Positions 45,401 to 54,000 of a DNA stretch of 64,000 bases are shown here, piece after piece (within the stretch, counting starts at the first letter, position 1; the number at the start of each line of letters is the position of its first letter). The translations under genes and the position numbers were made by a program. This DNA is from a virus, in IMG/VR virus record IMGVR_UViG_3300008108_000011, positions 64,001 to 128,000 of that record; one strand, 5' to 3'. The notes below the pieces were generated by a model. The model searched no databases, had not been told where the DNA came from, and saw nothing but the letters and a program-made list of their open reading frames with translations.

Positions 45401-46206
45401 TAGATATAATTCAGTCAACAAAAGTATGCGATTCGGTATTATCCGTAAATATTTCTCAAACTAGTTTTATTGATATTGGTCTAGATATTTCAATAATAGA
45501 ATCTAAAATTACCAAACAAATTACATTAATACAATCAACTGGATTATCAAATATACAAGTAAATACCATTACGCAAATTTCTCCTTCGGTAGAAAGATTC
45601 TATAAAACTGGATTTATTGATTATTACATCGAATCTATCTTATTTACGGATCCTATTATTCAAAGAAATTTGAATGCTGTTGTATTAAATAATCCTAAAA
45701 ATGAGGTTACCAGAAGATCGGGAAGTATTATTGCAGTAAATAATGCAGTGTCTAATGATGAAAATCTCACATCTTATAGTGTAGGTACTGTTGGCAATAA
45801 TCTAGGGATGTTAAATGATTGGTATAGCAATGATAATGGATATACAAATGTATCTGGATTAACATTTAATGAAATAGAAATTAATTATAATCAATTCACA
45901 ATAAAAGATTTTGAAGAACCAAATCTATCTTCTATATCCTCATCAAGATCGGTATGGAATCTGGCATATCCATCAATACAAAATCCAGTTACAATCTCTT
46001 CCACGAATGGAAATATTAACTCTACTGTAACTGCACAAAAAACAACAAATTTTGCTGCTAGTGGATATTTTTATCACAGTGATGGGTCTAATTATGGTAT
46101 TGTTCAATATACAGGAAAAACTTTAACATCATTTACAGGTTGTTCTGTTTATTCTGGATCAACAACTATCACTAATACTTCTCAGATTATACCATATTCT
46201 ATCTAA
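36451..46206 (+). CDS. gp7: Baseplate wedge initiator gp7 (3251 aa, multi-domain)
   Basis: QLPEFISSEYPKFSAFLQKYY; KFYAAKGT; ITDSYFYQDYSYVIKS...HPAGFQLFGEV; position between gp6 and gp8. Confidence 0.85.
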   Translation: MASKVRNLSSLVDKQLPEFISSEYPKFSAFLQKYYEHLELTGEPIDLISNLSKYRDIDTYEKNLLKENTSLTQNLSDSATTINVESTVGFPSENGYVLIGDEAIFYKSKTNTSFLNCYRNVTHTTKLGDLYTKSDITTVDYSDIGSGKQHLTGDLVLNISNLVLYALVRNFEQEYLGAFPEKSLKNAVDKSVLIKNIKKFYAAKGTDQSIRFIFNSIVAKEPNDIPTVYYPKDSTYKSSNGQWIDKFALKVRVISGDISKIIGEKIIQEENPFDLNVRSAFSYVDNIIDIGDNFHEVILSRNDIVGEFAVSTETYLTKNLLSTDSTNKRINVYSTLGWKQQSGQLIIGNELITYKQKNVSQFVIDSRGVLPSTYTVNEPVYNYSNVYCDYIDGSGTKQRVKLLVLGILYSLTPSESLPYSKEDDIVQISDSGFETRDTIIFDKFSNDTRWIINETNTIPSSDHANISSQLSEIISDVTAVYEDNQYYYIATSGYPSHKIGKANWGVTFLDQKKLKLIKKVPSATTEIYPTPSNEVGIFVNGTTARSFKDTDENLIVFGEIQKINLTNPGSGYKKPPYVLVQDGAGSLVASAEAILNGEVIDRIEVVESGSGFFPPVPVITITSGRGAVITPVVTGDKITSLKIINPGEYYSSPPQVVIKDSTGKGRFARFEAVVSDDGQIIDFKKLDEGKFYTQSTTTVEIIPSGSGATAISSVRSWRRNLYNKHFNNLDNDNGFYFLNNDISLEYGYSYLANPKSLRIALSDNLDQSGNITNTLSHSPILGYAFDGNPIYGPYAYSDPSDPTTSITRMTSSYSLNNRRPSGPSIVTYPLGSFVEDYQYNHRSGSLDENNGRFCVTPDYPEGTYAYFLTVDSTGQPAFPYILGNNFYSLPVDSNYSKKISQDDIPTNIIRLKTQKTPNDGKGAQSYINTISSGSISSALIEYSPSTFSTGSLIEVNSSGTDGKDLLAQVSSVNGKNVTSIQSQQTKAIKFTTENPAYFFADSIITQRNTNATGRCLGNVFDGKTIVLYNVNGSFNDVDDLYSSTVVYNLLLDKESDYTRGETLSLTNGKQSIIIRTENSSFVVAQNLFEDGEPIIFTNSFSGIIANQIYYITQSTATTFKVSTSIGGTAVVVTSNNSPGAVAISRKATGLILETTTNRNLVKVQLLQGNFAIDSEYFLRSTSLNDTIGSKISQRFILSDEIIPLSLNDKVAIVSTSQNHGVGIGDRVNVSVDPNDNTTETTLYTRARIYQKVKLNTIKFTKYINDTGIGKLFTLNNGSYKNNNGNIVGDYSSGGNATFTQVELIFADITKCRDSEGRIVGDSNLAVIGRPGNPNNARATISVTNGVVTNVVITSKGIGYKRGDFLTVSPSSLNRSQSSTSTRFYFAEVQHVGFAQQETRLFLNDVTSISQNDYLQITDEIVKVTNINTANSYVDVQRSQLNTVAVDHYNTQPVSSYRERYNLPVNYHIGNTNSDAYVLNYDDENQELTLVYEISNTLVSINPLVSGSSFFDNSSPKKLIVVEENIQNPEYKFEFSYDNTTWLTNPKLKLQEYYKYKFDTSHYTLRGSFLEFSPSKNYNIITTESKRNDILPGNAGSFITLKIGYGSDIESNNYSTRVPINYSLYFYFDKNSRISSDDSFLRIIPDPLQGSKTISYVTNTSFVYEMDSYPQYDGSGIMKYTTSAGLAVGSIATVGIINQGLNYKELPTVTGVRPSVENECIAEVVWNSTAKNITSVIISNPGINYVKPKAVLISSTGENAEFNIIKNPDGSIRGITVTNRGNGYLSKPEIKIVESNVKIYFESSNIGVPNSIRILYNGKNYGNDRSIRKKYSSPLILKLKQISAGSFADGERIEQYDGNTLVASGYVASKGYKNNTNILRLERVSGQFKNNLQITGKNNYATAVVSSSFASLFDSDIKSYYDNLGYYASDQGQLSSNNQKITDSYFYQDYSYVIKSKTPIDVWRNLIKQTVHPAGFQLFGEVSVESSTDVKLPQSQPKQEKSSIIQLWDPVKNKISVENSYRTITQSSIRLGDINLLPGKGSIFSPSYDTGETSSYEFKLVPEFNGYFDNNGNLAGNKTFTAVLLGSNTPYSIINKNNVFITIDGVLQEPGKSFDIVAGQIVFSQPPLGYRNGYTRSANIVSVNNGYIYAETANAFSLNEPIIFSDNFSTVSKSQLYYVVEVSGLGFKIALGTTGTPQATPINLTNVSSISVVATSQINPGDPITSNQYREGVDTASQKFVGRIIRFKDTSLNSQYFKKIANISSQFNGQSTAFDLRYEDNTPVSLSSNENLIVSIDGVVQRSGVSPLLPLDRSYYIRRTVTPNQIVFIEPPRSGQSFHGISVGSYERLKVDYSRVNDIRRGPFLLRSAVTNKTVTIDNDNNVLVFVDGVLQKRNKTYIIRGANITFVEPLKKGQVINVIYQYGRDYIRSLTTFNYETTPFYNRYEIILDGEYQNISDGGRLKSNTARGIVVKSYFNGLNTVLLVDSYNQQFIVDENIAYKNPIDSFYDFTINSSDIISISSFEENEDRQDILRKSTIGWLNGTQKHPSTDFIEIGDSIKIDGESEFRTILTTPYDAIKTDYRNTDNLSYFAKIGTSNYDGVSRGEGLDIVAEIENGKVVSLLWNKIEWDEYVTQRILPSPPGYGYETAPQLVFVAQPQKDEGGSIVAEAQGGGAKAYAVVNNGEIIDIVLYDQGSGYIAPPRVYVTRNYQVLRKGRNIETSLVVLDMSPNVIDARTLYITSGDIVGRPQPPILTISSFILLTPLEASRDITAIIQKQVDVAASNQRILQHTSTIDLSISIASISARTDIYTSSIETPLSNVVIGSQNNVSFSNTLTELQSGIRTFLKVNYLLAYKSIHATGAYLDASMDLDDTIAYVTTTEKFKSFGKLLIGDEIVSYTLKQNDRFLYLTRGLDGTTIKNHPAGEFLRQYGDDVSIISAGVSSAESIAQIQVVGGGVSQVSFGIEEIIQIELDPIDVFTDIEIVDIIQSTKVCDSVLSVNISQTSFIDIGLDISIIESKITKQITLIQSTGLSNIQVNTITQISPSVERFYKTGFIDYYIESILFTDPIIQRNLNAVVLNNPKNEVTRRSGSIIAVNNAVSNDENLTSYSVGTVGNNLGMLNDWYSNDNGYTNVSGLTFNEIEINYNQFTIKDFEEPNLSSISSSRSVWNLAYPSIQNPVTISSTNGNINSTVTAQKTTNFAASGYFYHSDGSNYGIVQYTGKTLTSFTGCSVYSGSTTITNTSQIIPYSI

Positions 46207-46210
46207 ACCA

Positions 46211-46224
46211 TATAAATATAAATA
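46211..46224 (+). promoter_or_regulatory. Overlapping T4-type late promoters
   Basis: TATAAATATAAATA upstream of gp8. Confidence 0.85.
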
Positions 46225-46248
46225 AAATACCGTTCGGAGAACTATTAA

Positions 46249-48009
46249 ATGGCTGCTATCATTTCTGAAAAGTTCAGAATTTTCAACGCCAAGCAATTTC
46301 TGGAATCTCTTTCAGAAGGCAGTGGCGATACTGATTCAAATCGCTCAAGGATGTATTTCTTTGTTGGTAGACCTCAAGATTGGAAAGCTTATGTTGAAGT
46401 TTATGGCGTAAGTTCAACTGCTTTCTCTGTTGGGGAGGAAGTTTATGTTGGTGCTAACTTAGCTGCTGCTACTTTTAGAGGCACAGTTTCGGAAGTTTAT
46501 CCAAATAGTTTACTACTAACAACGATTGGTCCTACAGTTTCAGCAACTCCTGGTGCTGGATCAACACTAACTGGCAACACCTCTGGTGCAACTGCTAAAG
46601 TTGGCGTTTACAGATATGCTACCGAAGAAATTCCAACTGCTCCTCTTGATAACCAAGAAGAGAAGTTTGAAATGTATGATGATATGATCGCTATGAAGCG
46701 CATCACATCTTCATATGCTAGACACGTCATTAGACGTTATAATTGGGATTTAACTGTAAATCCCAAGTTTGACATGTGGAAACCTGACTATTCTGCATTA
46801 AAACTAACTGCAACTGGAGAATCATCTCTTGGTGCTGGCAAATACTCTGTAATGAACTCTTCATATGAAGTTTTTGTCTGTTTATACAATGGAACAAATC
46901 CATCAAACTTAAACGGTCAAAATGCTACTTATCCACCAGCTACTGCACCTGTATCTGGTCAAGGAACATACTCTAATGGCATTTTCAAAGAACCAAGTGG
47001 AACTGCTGGTTATGTTTGGAAGTATATGTATACTATTCCAACCGATGATGTAATCAAGTTCCTATCGACTGATTTTATGCCAATTGTTTTGGATTCAACT
47101 GTTCAATCTGGTGCTGTCGATGGTGCTATTTCAGTAGCTTTATTAACAGATGCAGGAGCAAATCTACCAACCAGTGCTACTTTATATGCAGCAATTCTTG
47201 GTGATGGATCTGGCGGTAAAGTAAAAATTACAACCAATGGTTCTGGTGCAATTACTGCTGTTGATATAGAAGCAGCTGGAAGCGGTTATACTTATGGAAA
47301 TGTTCTCCTAAAGAATGGTTATCTATTCACCAACTCTACACTTGCAACTGCAGCCACTGTAAGTGCAACAGCTAAAGGTCAAATTGAGGTAATTATTCCA
47401 CCTCAAGGTGGTCATGGTGCTGATCCAGTTCTAGAAATGAACTCGAAGCGTGTTATGTTAAATATCCGTTTAACATATTCAGAAGGTTCGGGAGATTTCC
47501 CTGTTGATAACGATTTCCGTAGAATTGGAATTCTTCAGGATCCTCTACAATATGGGTCAACAAATTATCTGACTGCCGATAATGCAACTGCTCTGTATGC
47601 CGTAAAATTAACTGGTGTTACTGGCAATTTTGTAGTTGACGAAATTATTTCGCAAACAAACAGTGGTTTGGTTTCAAAGGGAACTGTTGTTTCGTGGACT
47701 TTAGATAATGGATCAACCACTGATGGGGTTCTCAAGTATTATCAATCACCATCTCAACATACCGACAATGGTGTTGTAAGAGCGTTTGTATCAACTGCAG
47801 CAAATCCTATTGTAGGTGCTACTAGTGCTAGACAGGGAACTGTTGCTACTACTTATAATAGCACTCTACTTGGTTCCACATTTAATAGTGGGCTATCAAC
47901 TCCAGAGGTTAAGAATAACTCAGGTGAAGCAATTTATGTTGAAAACAGAAGATTAATCACAAGAGCTCCTGACCAAATCGAGGATATTAAGTTAGTTATT
48001 GAATTCTGA
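46249..48009 (+). CDS. gp8: Baseplate wedge subunit gp8
   Basis: MAAIISEKFRIFNA...YFFVGRPQ.W; GYVWKYMYTI; NDFRRIGILQDP; YVENRR.ITR..DQIEDIKLVIEF. Confidence 0.92.
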   Translation: MAAIISEKFRIFNAKQFLESLSEGSGDTDSNRSRMYFFVGRPQDWKAYVEVYGVSSTAFSVGEEVYVGANLAAATFRGTVSEVYPNSLLLTTIGPTVSATPGAGSTLTGNTSGATAKVGVYRYATEEIPTAPLDNQEEKFEMYDDMIAMKRITSSYARHVIRRYNWDLTVNPKFDMWKPDYSALKLTATGESSLGAGKYSVMNSSYEVFVCLYNGTNPSNLNGQNATYPPATAPVSGQGTYSNGIFKEPSGTAGYVWKYMYTIPTDDVIKFLSTDFMPIVLDSTVQSGAVDGAISVALLTDAGANLPTSATLYAAILGDGSGGKVKITTNGSGAITAVDIEAAGSGYTYGNVLLKNGYLFTNSTLATAATVSATAKGQIEVIIPPQGGHGADPVLEMNSKRVMLNIRLTYSEGSGDFPVDNDFRRIGILQDPLQYGSTNYLTADNATALYAVKLTGVTGNFVVDEIISQTNSGLVSKGTVVSWTLDNGSTTDGVLKYYQSPSQHTDNGVVRAFVSTAANPIVGATSARQGTVATTYNSTLLGSTFNSGLSTPEVKNNSGEAIYVENRRLITRAPDQIEDIKLVIEF

Positions 48010-48053
48010 TTATATTATATTTTTAAAAGTAAAACACCTATTCCTGAGCTAAA

Positions 48054-51000
48054 ATGCCCCAGAAGATTAATCTCAACGCGCCCCCATATTATGATGATTT
48101 TGATTCTAGTAAGGGATATTATAAAGTTCTATTCAGACCTGGATATTCCATTCAGACTAGGGAACTGACTACTTTGCAGTCAGTTCTACAAAATCAAATT
48201 GAAAATTTAGGCAGAAGTAGATTTAAACAGGGGCAGCAAGTAATTCCTGGAGAAGTATCTTTCAACAACAAATTAAATTATATTAAACTAGCATCGGTTT
48301 CCGAAGTAGCTGTTAATATTAATGGAAATATTGTATTTCAAAAATATGATATTTCTCAACTTGTTGGAGTTACTCTCCAGGGATTGTCTTCTGGAGTTAC
48401 TGCTAGCGTCATTTCTTATGCTTTTGGAAATGATTTAGAATCAGATATTTTATTTGTAAAATATACAAATAGTGGAAACGCAAGTAACGAATCTACTTTT
48501 AGACAAGGTGAAACACTAGAGGCATTAAATATTACCGATACTCCTACTTTAGTGGTTGGAACTGACGGTAGTGTTCTGCCAACGACTATTGATGTACAAA
48601 ATTATGATACTGGAGTAATTACCACTATTGATAGCCCAGCAATGGGTTTTGCTTCTGCGGTAAAAGTTCAGGAAGGCGTATATTTTGTTAATGGATATTT
48701 TGTAAATAATCATGAACAAATTATTGTTGTTGATAAGTATTATGATAAACCATCCGTAAAAGTAGGTTTTAAAATTTCCGAAGATCTTGTTACGCCAGAA
48801 CAAGACATTTCTTTATATGATAACGCAAGAGGATTTTCTAATTTCTCTGCTCCTGGTGCTCACAGATTAAAAATCGACTTATCTTTAGTCGTTAAAGAAT
48901 ATGATGCTTTAGCGGATGAAGATTATGTTTCTTTAGTAACTATTAAAAATGGAGAAGTTCAGCAATTAACCAAAACTGCTGATTACAATGTTTTAGAAGA
49001 AACATTAGCTAGAAGAACTTTTGACGAATCTGGAAATTATGTAGTAGATGAATTTCCATTAGATTTAAGAGAATATTACCAAAAAAACAACAATAGAGGT
49101 GTTTATCCTTTAAATTCAGATACTAGTTTAGTTAATGGAATTTCCCAAAGTGAAGCTAACACACTAATGGTGGCAGGTGTTGGATCTGGTAAGGCATATA
49201 TTAAAGGTTATGAAGTAATCAATAAAGATGTAAAATATTTAAACGTATCCAAAGCAAGAGATACTCTAACAAGAGAAGATACTAGAATAAAAACATTATC
49301 TCCTTCATTTTTCAATGTAAGAAATGTTTATGGATCAGTTCCATTAAATGCAGAGGGTCAAGAATTAACTGCTTATCCAAATATTTACTTGAACTCGGTA
49401 TTTAATGATGGTTCTATAGGTTACAACAATGAAGAACTGACAGCAGAAGCCAAACAGACCTTAAACAGAAGAGGAAAGGTTTTTGGTTTAAATGATGGAA
49501 TTATTACTTTATATTGCCAAAATCCAAGTAATTTTTCTAGCTACACATATCCAACACCCTCTACATTTGGCGTTTCTTTACAAAAATTATGGTACGTCGT
49601 AAATAGAGGAACTACTGCAGCAACAACGACAGTAAGAAGCATTGATCTTCTTTCGTATGCAATTGTATCTAGACCGTCTGATTTAGGTTCATCCACAGAT
49701 ACATTCTTAGAATTAACCGTTGTTGGAAATAAAGAAGATATTTTATACTTCTTGAGAGAATACGATGAAGATGATTCAGATAAGAGAAGAAAATTATTTG
49801 TTTCCGAGAATGATGCTAAAGGATTCTATTTCCAATCAGGATCTCAAACTATATTTCCATATTCACAAATCTTAGATTACAACAATTTAATAACTCCCAT
49901 TGTTGGTGTTTGCAAACCAAAAGATTTTTCTCTTCTAGAAAGAGGATCTGGGTTCAATGTAGATATTGATAAAGTTGTATCTAAGGGTAGGTTAGCAAAC
50001 GGAACTCCTTCATACAATTCAGTATTCAGATTATCATATTTCAATCCTTCATTTTTTACTAGAATTATTTTAGATCAAAATATTAATTCTAGCACATTTG
50101 AACCAGGAAAATATATTGTTGGATCTACTAGTGGTGCTTATGGTGTTGTAGAAGGTTCAAGCACATCAAAATATACTACTGGCAGTGTTTTATTCGTAAA
50201 AACTCTATCAGGAACATTTTTATCTGGGGAAACAATTACTGATGAAGGCGGAAATTCTAGAAGAATTGCTAGAGAAGGAACTATTTCGCACTTTGTTGTT
50301 GTGAAAAGAGGATCTGGATATCCTTTCAACACAACTGTGAGGATTAACGGAGTTGATTATAATAATTCATCTATAACAGTTGGTATACAAGGTAATATAC
50401 CATATAAGATTGATATTGTAAATAGAAATTTAGTTTCTCAAGTATATTCTACTACACCAGTAATCACATTTAATACTGGAAGCACTAATCCTACAGCAGA
50501 AACTTTAGTAAAAGCTGTCTTATATAGAAACACTGTTTATACTTATACACCACAAAATGTAAAATCAATGCATTGCTCTTTTGGAGCTGGCAATGCTTAC
50601 AATTTTACTGCCGATGTTGAATCATTCTCGACCTCATATATTACTAGTAAGTCTTTGACAGACTTCACTTTTTCTGGATCTATAGGATCGAAATATTTAG
50701 AATGTAATGGATTTTCTGGAGATCCATCTAATGAATTAATGCAAGGTGATATTGTTCAATTTACGGATTCAAACAACAATCCTATTAGATCTGTTGTTCA
50801 AAGTGTAGATAAACCAGAAGGATTAACAAAGTCTAGAGTTTATTTGGATAATGTTTTACGTGGAAATGTAGTTAATAGCAATTGCGTAAAAATTAAACCA
50901 AATGTAGAAAATATATCTACCTCTACTCTCGTAATTCCTTTAGGAGCAAAATATATTAGCTCAACAGTCGATTCATCAGAAGATTCTAAAATTAAGTATC

Positions 51001-54000
51001 ATTTTAGAAGAGATTTTGTAACAACTGCTTCCACTAGTGGTGGCAATGTTACTTTTGCCGCACAACTTCCATATGGAACACAAAGATTTGCAGGATTCAC
51101 TCCAGAAAATTTCTTACTTACTGTATTAGATAAAAAATCATCTACTACATTCCAATCTGGAGATTTGATTTATCTTTCATCTGATCAAGTTGTAATTGAA
51201 AATACCACAAGCAGCACAACAGGATTAACTGCTGGCAGTGTTCAAATCACATTAGATCCTGATATTTTTGGAACTACTACAAATTTTCCAATTTTAAAAT
51301 TAACTGCTACACTAGAAGTTTCGAAAGCAAGACCAAGATTAAAAACTGTTTATAGAAATAAGCGTATTCTTATTGTATCACCTGGAGATAGAATAGTTCC
51401 TCTACGAGGAGTTGATTATGATTCTGATTCAACTGATATTTTATCGTATTCGGATGCATTTAAAATCAAATACGTTTATGAGGGAACCACTCAAGTTCCA
51501 CCCGTAGTTTCTGCATCTGGAGATTTAGTAACTGGAACTGATGTTACAGAAAGATTCTCGTTTGATGATGGTCAAAGAGACACTTTCTATGATGTTTCTA
51601 GACTAGTATTAAAGCCTGGATTTGAACCTCCATCAGGTCAGTTAATTGTAGCATTTGATTATTTTGAACATTCCCAAGGAGATTTCTGTACAGTAGACTC
51701 TTATCTACACGAAGCAGGAGTCAATTTAGATGAAATTCCCGACTTTAATTCTATTGTTCATGGTAAATTATCTTTAAGAGATGTATTTGATTTTAGACCA
51801 AAAGTAGATTCGAATGCTATTATTAGTGGTTATCAAGATACTTCAATTCTTTCTGTAGAAGACTACAATAGTTTCTTTGGATCTGGCGGTATTACTTCCA
51901 GCACACCAGCATCAGATCCCAATCTTGCTTACACTATATCATTTAATCTCAAACAGTATCTAGATAGAATTGATGGGGTTTTTGTAAATAAAAAAGGAGA
52001 ATTTTTTGTTAAAGAAGGCAATGCTTCATTAAATCCAACAAAACCAGCAGATGTTGATGATTCACTAGCTTTATATTATCTTTATGTTCCTGCGTATACC
52101 ATTCAGGCAAATGATGTAAAAGTCATCACAGTGGATAACAAACGTTATACGATGAGAGATATTGGTAAGTTAGAACAAAGAATAGAAAGACTTGAAAGAT
52201 ATACTATGTTAAGTGTCCTGGAGCAACAAGCATTGAATATGCAAGTTAGGGATGATATTGGAATTGAAAGATTTAAATGTGGCTTCGTAGTAGATGGTTT
52301 CGAGAACCATAGTGTAGGAAATCTTTCATCTATAGATTATTTGTGTTCTATAGATCCACAGCAATCTGTATTAAGACCTAGATCTATAGAAAATTCACTG
52401 AGACTGAAAGAAGTTAATACTAGAGACGAACAAAGATTTTTAGATGGATATCAAAAATCAGGATCTGTAATAACTTTACCATTTACAGAAGTTAGGGCGG
52501 TTGAAAATCGTTTCGCAACTAGAAAAATTAACATCAATCCATTTGTAGTTGTTCAATATTCTGGAGATGCTTCTCTATATCCGAACGTTGATCAGTGGTT
52601 TGATCAAAAAGAATCGCCAATTATTTTAAATAATGATAGTAAAGTTTTCTCTGTATTTTATGCTAAAAATGATTCTAGAGAAGGTTTCAATAGCATTCAC
52701 AACAATTTTATAATTAACTGGGTAGGAACCGATAGAGTATTCTACAATGTTTCTCCATTGAACGAAATAACTACACTAGAAACTACAGGAACAACTAGAG
52801 ACGCATCGACTGCAAGTTCTTCTAATATAAGCCCACAAAATAATCAATTAGCGCAAGGAATTTCTTCTAAAACAGTAGGAAATGTTTCAGTCTCATCTTC
52901 GCTGCAATCTTTCTGTAGATCTGTTCCAGTTTTCTTTAAATTAACTAGATTAAAACCAAGCACAAGATTTTATGCTTTTATTGATGGTAGATCTATAGAT
53001 CGATGGATAATTCAAGATTTCAAATTCACAGGAATTGCAGGTAATTCATTAGGAACATTTAATAGTGGTATTACTACTGATGCAAATGGAAATGCGAGTG
53101 GAATGATTCTAATTCCTTCTGGGTTGCCACCTCAATCTGGATCATCTTGGTTAGGGGATGTTACTACAGTTCAATATGATACTGAAACAGGATCTCCATT
53201 GTCAATAGTTTCGGGTGTAAAGACTATTAAATTCTCATCTGATATAAATGGCAGTGTTGATAGCACCGTAGAATCTTTTGCTGAAGTTAAATATTATGCT
53301 ACAGGATCTTTCCCTGTTCAACCATCTTCTGTAGTATCTACTTCTCCAGCGATATTAAAATCGCCAGAAGGTATCCAATATATCGAAAATACAAAAGCTC
53401 AAGCAAAACCAAATCCACTATCACAAACGTTTACCGTTGAAGGATATCCTGGTGGAGTATTTGTTACTGGGTTAGATCTTTATTTCAATAAAAAAAGTTC
53501 CACTATACCAGTTAAAGCATATTTAACTAATATAGAAAGTGGAAAACCAGGAAAATATATTGTTCCAGGAAGTGAATCTGTATTAAATCCCGACACATAT
53601 TTAAAAGTATATACTAATGGAACTATTAATATTTCTCGCAATGAAACAGTAACGGGAACTTCTTCAAATGCATCTGGCCCTATTAAAGCAGTTTATGATA
53701 GAAATAATACTTTAGTTCCTGCATCAATTAATGGAGAGTTTACATTAACAAATGATCAAACATATACTTTAGTATTATCAAATCATAACGGAAGATCTTT
53801 TATTCAAAATGAAACTTTGAATTTATCTTCTTTATCCACCTACAATAATGCTCAAAATACAAACTTATCTCTTACGATTGCTAGAGATTCAGGAAGACTT
53901 ACTGGTTTAACAATTACTAATTGTGGAACTGGTTACGAATCTGCTACTCTTACTATTGAAAGCCCTCAATTAATTGGTGGTGTTAATGCCACAGCAACTT

